From Lama glama (Eukaryota): a stretch of 64,000 bases of DNA. Below are positions 57,401 to 64,000 of the stretch, one piece after another. Below the pieces are notes generated by a model. That model did no database searches. It was not told where the DNA came from and saw only the letters and a program-made list of their open reading frames with translations. The position numbers were made by a program, and so were the translations under genes. Location: NCBI GenBank assembly GCA_028534125.1, contig CM052827.1:12214001-12278000 (forward strand), read 5' to 3'. How positions within the stretch are numbered: position 1 is the first letter of the stretch; each line of letters begins with the position of its first letter.

Positions 57401-57650
57401 CAGCATTCCCAATCTAAAATGAATTGGGGTCCGTATCAGCAGAAAGAGAAGGGTGGGGCTGAGGGGCAATACAGAAATGATCAGCACAGCCTGGGTGTAT
57501 AATAGGACTTTGATAAGCCAGTGAGAACGCTTCCTCTAAAGACAGCTATACCAATTATTTAAAAGTATCTGTGCTAGTAAGTCCAAACACATCTGTAAGT
57601 TGATTTTGGCCAGTGAAGACTTCCACCTTGTCATGTTAAGCAGCCTTAAG

Positions 57651-57652
<2 letters not shown>

Positions 57653-57692
<40 letters not shown>
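57653..57692 (+). repeat. (GT)n microsatellite
   Basis: About 20 GT units. Confidence 0.95.
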
Positions 57693-57695
<3 letters not shown>

Positions 57696-59299
57696 CACTC
57701 TTTGGGGGAGGGATTGGAAATATATATCCTCCCTAATTCCTAGGGAGAGGAGTTATTTTTCATAATTGTTGGTGCATGAAGTTAGCCATCTACAAAGTAA
57801 ACTTGAAAGAAATTTTTTGTTCTATAGGATTTTGTATATTTTCCATCAAGATGAAATATAGAGTTTTGGTGTGGATTAGAATGGGAGCTTAAGTATCAGC
57901 TCCTCAGGGTAGGGATGTGGTCTATGTTGTTCATTGCATTTCCAGTGCCTAGAACAGGCCTGGCCTGAGGGAACTATTTTTAAAACTTATTGAAAAATAA
58001 TGGCAAATATTTACTGCATGCCAGACGCTGTTCTATTAACTCATCTTTTAATAGGCCACGAAAACCTTATGATGTTGTTGGTATTATTACTCACACTTCA
58101 CAGAGGAGAAACTAGAGGGTTTGAGAAGTGAAGTGACCTGCCCAGAAGCACACAGCTTGTTGCAAGATTTTAATTCAAGCCTCTTGGCTCCGGAGTCCAG
58201 CTCTGAGCCATTATGAATAAATGACTTGAAGTATGTATCTTCGTTTCTAAAATACCCTAGCCTCTCTGAGTATTCCCTCACGCTTCTCTCATCTCCCTGG
58301 TCTCCTGCTGTTTTTTCGGAACTGGAAGATATTGGATGGGAGCCCCCTGATTGCAGGGTTTCGGGGAAATCCAGAGTGCCTTGGCACAATTCAGGACCAT
58401 GGTCAGCGCCCAGTTACCATTTACACTGAGTCTGCGCGGAGCGCAGCGCTCACTGTGGCGATACGCCTCTTTGGAGCAGCCTGAGAGAATGGGGATCGCG
58501 GCTGCCACACTCTCCGTGTGTAGATTTGGGAAGTGATTTTGCCACTTCAACCTTCAACTGCTCCCTCTATAAAATGCGGATTTTATAAAAATCTGCCTCC
58601 ACGGTGGCTACGAGGAATACATTACATAATGTACATGCATTATATATATATAATTATATAAGCACTTAACTCATAAATCTTGACTATAAGTGTTTGTGAG
58701 GCAGTACAAAAAGCAAACAAAACAAGAAGACGGTTAAACAACTTGTGCGCTGGAAGTAAGTGTACCAGGGTTCAAATCCTGACTCTGCTCCTTTCTAGCT
58801 TGGCAAAAGATTTGAGTTCCAGCCCTTCCCCTTCCTTTCTCCAGGAGAAAAAAAGGAGGGGAATTATTATATTATTATAGAGTCTACCCTAAAGGCTAGG
58901 AGGAAGGTTAAGCATTCAATGTTAACTTTGTTATTTTATCCCTCTCTCCCCATCGTTCACATTTTACACTGTAATAAAGAAAAAGAGCATGTGACCATCA
59001 GCAATAACTTTCCCTTGAGCCCAGTGCCTGGTATAAAAATAATGTGGCACACATTTAATAAATCATAGTTATTATTATTCATTCCATAAATACTTACGGA
59101 GTGCTGGGCACTATCATAGGTGCTAGTGATTCAATGGTGAACAAAACACTTTTGCAAAAATCTGACCACTTGAAGCTATTTGGGGTGACAGAAATATTCT
59201 ATAACTTGATCTAGGTGATGGTTACACGGGTGTGTATCTATATGGGAATATTAATCAGGCAGGTTACTTTAAGATTGTGCTTAAATTAAGCCTTACTTT

Positions 59300-59460
59300 T
59301 TGTTGTTGATTTTTGTTTGTTTTTGTGGGGGAGGGAGGTAATTAGGTGTATGTATGTATATATGTATGTATGTATGTATTTAATGGAGGTACTGGGAATG
59401 AACCCAGGACCTCATGAATGCTAGGTACACACTCTACTACTGAGCTATACCCTCCCCCCT
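59300..59460 (-). mobile_element. tRNA-derived SINE (Vic-1-like)
   Basis: Reverse complement of the same family. TSD ttaag(c/g)cttacttt at 59286-59299 and 59461-59474. Confidence 0.9.
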
Positions 59461-59985
59461 TTAAGGCTTACTTTAAAAAAATTGTTCTCAAGGAACTAAT
59501 GTGTAGCAGAGAGAGAAAATAAGTTAAGAATAAAGAAAGTGATATGCTTTATGGAAAAAAAAAGCAGGGAGGGGCAAAAGATTGTAGGGCTTGGAGAGTT
59601 GCTATTTTAAACTGGGTGGCCAGGTTGGCCTCAGTAAGAAGATTCAATTGAGTAAACAATTGAAGGAGGTGAGGGAGTGACACAAAAGTATATTATGGGG
59701 ACAGCCAGTGCAAAGGCCCTGGAGCAGGGAGAAAAGAGTAAGGTGGCCAGTGTGGCTGCAGTCAGGGAGGATAAGAGAGGACATGAGATCAGAAAGGTAA
59801 TGGGAGCAGGTCGTATGGGGCCTTACAAAACACTGTAAGGACTTTTGTTTTTTACTGGGAGTGAGGTGGAATGATTGCATGGGGGGGACGTGACTTGGCA
59901 TTTTAAAACTGTCTCTTTGGCTGCTAGTCGAGCAATCCAATGTAGTGCTATGATTTTCGAGCCTCATCCCCTGAAATCCCATTAC

Positions 59986-61296
59986 CTGTCCACCGCCTCT
60001 CTTGGGCCCCAGAGCTGGTCACCCGCTGCCGGGAACCCCGCGGCTTGGGTGCGGAAGCCAGAGCCGTGGGCGGTGCTGGAGCTGAACTACGCCCGCCGCG
60101 TCTCCTGGCTGTGCACGGCATCGCGCCCGCGCCTGGGCCCATAGGCCAACTCGGTAACTCGGTCGAGGCGAAGCTCTGAGCCAAGACTTGCTTTGGCCAG
60201 AATACTGCCCGGGATGAGGCTCAGGACCAGCAGGAATGAGACTCCAGTGCGAGCTGGGCAGCGACTGCTGACTGAAGAAGCCTGGCAGCGCCTCGAGCGC
60301 GAAGCTCAGTCTGAATGCGCCCACTGGGAGCATGAGCGCAAAAAAAGGATTGTAGGTGACGCCCCGCAGGCGGTGGCTGCAGCCAGGAAAGTACCTGCTG
60401 GCGGGCGGGGAAGCTCAGCACTAGCGGGCGCACCGGATCCACGTCCAAGCGCAGCAAGGCGCCAGGGCTCAGAGCCTGCGCTCTTTTCGGGGCTGCCCCC
60501 CGCGGCCAACAAACGCAGGCCACCGGGACCGAGAACCGCCAAGTACACAAGGTCTCCGGGCCCGGGATCCAGGAGGCGCGAATGGAAGCACGGCGTAGAC
60601 ATGGCCCCAGCGACTCTGGGGCAGCAGCTGTTCGTACACGTGGCCACAGGCTTTGTCTCCGCTTGCCGGCAACTGTGATCAGCTAGGAGCGCGACGGGAT
60701 GAGTGGCCATGACGTGGGTGCCCCACACGTCTCCTGAGTTCTAACCCCCTCTGTGCCTGGAAGGGCTCAAGGTGTACGAGGAGGGGCCGGCGGGCAGCGT
60801 GCTCGGGGCCGTCCAGTGGGACCGGCACCGGAGATCTGAGACGCAGGCACATGGGCCCAGCGCCGGGCACCACGGCAAACTCCTTGTGCCCGTCGTGGGG
60901 CTGCAGAGACGGCGTCACAACCACGTATAGAGGACCCAGCGGGCGGTGCGGAAGAGCCAGGGAGAATCTCAAGAGGCTCGCTCACCACCACAGTCACTCC
61001 CACCGGCCGCCACGCGCTGCCCGCCGCCCGCCCCGAGCCCCGCAGTTCCACAGCGCGGGGCAGGCTCACGGACGCACTGGCGCTTGGCCGCAGGCTCAGC
61101 GCGCGCCGGAAGGGCGGCGCCCCCACCGGGGGGCGCTCTCACTAGCACTGCCCTCGCTGGGCGGAGTGGGGGCCCTTGGGCGGTGGCGACACGTACGGCC
61201 GGAAGTGGGGCTTCTCAGTGCTGGACTTCTCTAAGAAAGCCGTGATGAAGTAATGGCCCTGGAAACTCATAAACGCAGCCACTGGGCTTGAGGGAT
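59986..61296 (-). pseudogene. FCGBP-like exon 2: IgGFc-binding N-terminal domain, multiply frameshifted
   Basis: Motifs in the expected order but in different frames: GHYFITAFLE; SASVSLPRAVELRGS; LGPLYVVVTP..KEFAVVPG; PVALLADHSC; CGHVYEQLLPQSRWGHVYAV; DLVYLAV. Acceptor ttcccag| before 61296; donor ACAG|GTAATG at 59986. Confidence 0.9.
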
Positions 61297-61804
61297 CTGG
61301 GAAGAGGGAGGAAAGAGTCAGCATAATCCTGTGGATTTTGAGGCCAAATAAATCAGGTTTTAATTCTGACTGCCACTCCCCGGCCATTTGAACATGCGCA
61401 AGGTATTTAACTTATTTGGGCCTCAGTTGCCTCATTTGTAAGAGGAGTTCTTAGCGCACATTCCACAGGGCTAATGGGAAGATTAGATGAGATAATATAC
61501 GTAAAGGCTATGGAACAGTGTCTGGTATATAAATATCAGCTTAAAATACAGTCGTTCCATTGGGCTACCGTCCCAGAAAGGTGTGACTGGCCCCCTTCCT
61601 ACAAGTAGTTTGGCCAATCCCTCTCCACAGAGTCTGCCCAAATAGTCCCTTGTCCCAGCTGGCCAGGGCCCTGTCCCTAGAAGCTCCACTGTGGCCAATT
61701 CCAGAATTTGCCAGGCAGCCCCCCAACCCTAGCCAGCACAACCAGGCCCTGCTGCAGACCCAGACCAGATCACCAGCCTACTGGGTCTCCCATGGATCCC
61801 TCAC

Positions 61805-61859
61805 CCCGTAGGAAACTCAGGGCCCCCAGGCACAGCAGGGCCGGTGTGACGGCAGCCAT
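61805..61859 (-). pseudogene. FCGBP-like exon 1: signal peptide MAAVTPALLCLGALSFLR, phase-1 donor
   Basis: Kozak GCCATGG, hydrophobic leader and G|GTGAGG donor. Phase matches the exon 2 acceptor at 61296 (G+AT = Asp). Confidence 0.75.
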
Positions 61860-62061
61860 GGCTGGAGAGAGAAGGGATGGATCCAGGCTAGTCAGTGCAG
61901 TCTCTCCCCCAAGTCTGCCCTCCAGCCCTCCTACTGCAGGAGCAGAAGGGGACACAAAAGGAATTCCAGAGAAAGGCTTGGGCCTCAGAGCCAGGGGAAA
62001 AGGCAAGGTTGGGGGTCTCACTTGCCAGGAGCTAGACTAAGGCCAGGCATATTGTGGGGGC

Positions 62062-62068
62062 ATTTATA
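62062..62068 (-). promoter_or_regulatory. Candidate TATA box of the FCGBP-like gene
   Basis: TATAAAT on the minus strand, ~200 bp upstream of the signal-peptide ATG. Confidence 0.45.
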
Positions 62069-64000
62069 GTCCCAGATGCCTGGGCCTGGCCCTCAGCACT
62101 CTTGCAGGGTCAGCACACAGATGCCCCCATTAGCATTGGCTCCAGCCTGACCTGGTGCCATTGATCATAATGTTGGCGGGGTCAGGGAGAATGGGCAGTG
62201 GAGAGACAGGGAGGGGAGGGGAGAGACAGAGTGAGCAGAGACACTGAAAGAAGGAGAGGGGGAAAAAATGCAAGAAAATTACTGTGAGATGGAGAGATGG
62301 GTGTGGGGCGAGGGACAGACAGGGTGAGGAAGGTAGAGAGAGTTCAGAGTGGTGGACAGACATAAGGACCAAAAGAGAGACAAGAAAGATATTTCTTCAA
62401 GGGGGCCTTCGAGTGTGGAGGAAGTGGTTGTGTCTGAAAGGAGTGACTGCTCCAAGTTTGAGACAGAAAATTACACATTAGGGGATTGAAGTGGGCCAGG
62501 CAACAATACCATGGTTCCTCAGAAAAGAAAGGCTCCTGAGCCTGCTGAGGAAGGAGAGGTTTCAGGCTTGAGCTTTGGGGATCTTGGGGAAGAGGGTGCC
62601 AGGAGCCCACACTCCTGGATTCTGTGCAAGGAGGGACTGGAGACTGGATTTCTGTGTCTGAGGGAGGAGGACTGGGGACCTAAACTCCTGAGCCTGGGGA
62701 AGGAGGGGGCTGCGGCCTGGACCCTAGGCCCTGGACGTGACTGGAGACAGGCAGGAGAGGACACCATGGGCCTGGTACGTGGAGGGCTGGAGGATTTGGG
62801 GGTGGAGCTCCCCAAGGGAAGACAATGGCTTCCAGTCACTCCCATCCTTCCAGAATGGTCCTGAGCTGAAGAACAATGAAGCCACACCCTCCACCCTCCG
62901 TGGAGGATCTGGGAGGAAGGACAAGCTGGGGCTCTAGACAGGGACCCTGGATACAGTTTCCAGCCCCTCCCTCCCCCAGGTCCCTGGAGCCTGTGCCCTT
63001 GGCCCTTTCCCCCCAGAATCCTTGCCTTTGGTGGGAGAAGTAGGGGGAATATTCAAGAAGGAACCGAGTTTCTTTCAGTAGCTTCATTTCTTACCTGCTT
63101 AAGGTCCTGCCAGACTCTTCATCACAAGGTGAGGTGAGGGAAGGCTCTGCCGAGGGCACAGGGAACAAGGTGAGGGACGGTGTGGGAGTGTAAAGGTGTG
63201 GGCCTTTCAGGGAGCAGTGATTTCCTTCCAGCCTGAGGTGGGGAACGTATGTGCTAGAGATGCAACCAGGCGAGGGGGAGGGCAAGGCCTGTCCGGCCCT
63301 GCTGAAGAGCCAGGACCCTGTCCCATGAAACTTGGAGAGCCATGGAGGATTCTACGCAGAGGAGGGTCAGGTTTGGCTTTAGGAAGCGTCCCTGGACCAG
63401 AGGGTGAGACTTTTGGACAGAAACCCAAGGAAAGGAGATGCAGAGACCCAGGCGGTTGACCAGAGCTAGAACGGGAAGGGGCCAGAGAAAGGAGGAAGAG
63501 AAGGTGGGTGGGATGCTCAGGAGGCCGAGTGAGGGTTGCCCTGAGACAGGACCAGTGTGGGACCCAGTGTGTGTGAGAGGCCTGAAGGGTGTCCAGGAAG
63601 CCAAGGTCAGCCAGGCCTGGGGTTTCGGAGTGGGGCCAGGGTGGGAGACAGAGATGTGGAGGTCATCAGCAGAAAAAGAAAACAGAGGCGTCGGGGTGTG
63701 CTGGCGGGTGATGGCCCAGAAGGAGGTGAGTGGAGAAGCAGGAAGGGGGTGAGTTCCCAGCTCTGGGGACCACAGCATTCAGGGTCGTGGATGAAGAGGA
63801 AGTTCCTGAAGAACTGATGTTTCATCCACAGGACCAGGCAGAGTGAAGTGTATCCCAGGGGTTCCACAAAGGTGAAGCCAGAATATACCCAGAATAAAGT
63901 CCTTTGAAGTCTCACATTTTATACTCTAAATTCTTGCCAATTTTGCATTCATGTCCATCGGTCTATCCATGTGAGTTCTCATATGAAAAGGTTTCTAGTA

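Larger units (their letters stand above)
44075..62068 (-). pseudogene. Unprocessed FCGBP-like (IgGFc-binding protein / VWD-C8-TIL mucus protein) pseudogene, whole locus
   Basis: At least 11 colinear exon remnants on one strand, several with phase-compatible GT/AG sites. They encode a signal peptide, an IgGFc-binding domain, VWD/C8/TIL/TILa modules and an FCGBP-type terminal VWD, with many stops and frameshifts. Confidence 0.9.

Noticed and set aside
44075-62068. Calling the locus FCGBP, ZAN or TECTA, or a functional gene
   Set aside because: Synteny does not fit FCGBP. No MAM, NIDO or ZP domains were seen. The many independent lesions argue against an intact CDS.
62100-64000. LRFN3, the expected syntenic neighbour
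   Set aside because: No LRR, Ig or FN3 coding sequence is visible; it probably lies beyond the window.

Overview
Mammalian genomic DNA, probably camelid (three tRNA-derived SINEs resemble Vic-1), syntenic with human 19q13.12. The first 44 kb holds six genes whose coding exons in the window read without stops: WDR62 exon 1 (-), THAP8 (+, 4 exons, 266 aa), CLIP3 (+, 13 coding exons, 546 aa), ALKBH6 (+, 6 coding exons, 238 aa), SYNE4 (+, 8 exons, 393 aa) and SDHAF1 (-, single exon, 118 aa). All spliced models were built by hand at GT/AG sites and close in frame. The main surprise is in the ~18 kb beyond SDHAF1 (~44075-62070, - strand). It contains a decayed, intron-containing FCGBP-like (IgGFc-binding protein) gene that no single ORF reveals. 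Its parts are a TATA box, a signal-peptide exon, an IgGFc-binding domain exon, a candidate Cys-rich exon, a repetitive S/T/K/E stalk, several VWD-C8-TIL-TILa modules, an FCGBP-type terminal VWD and a polyA site next to the SDHAF1 promoter. It carries stops, frameshifts, a broken splice donor, missing exons, a probable microhomology deletion and a solo LTR inside an exon. Homologies and repeat names come from remembered sequences and motifs; no searches were run.
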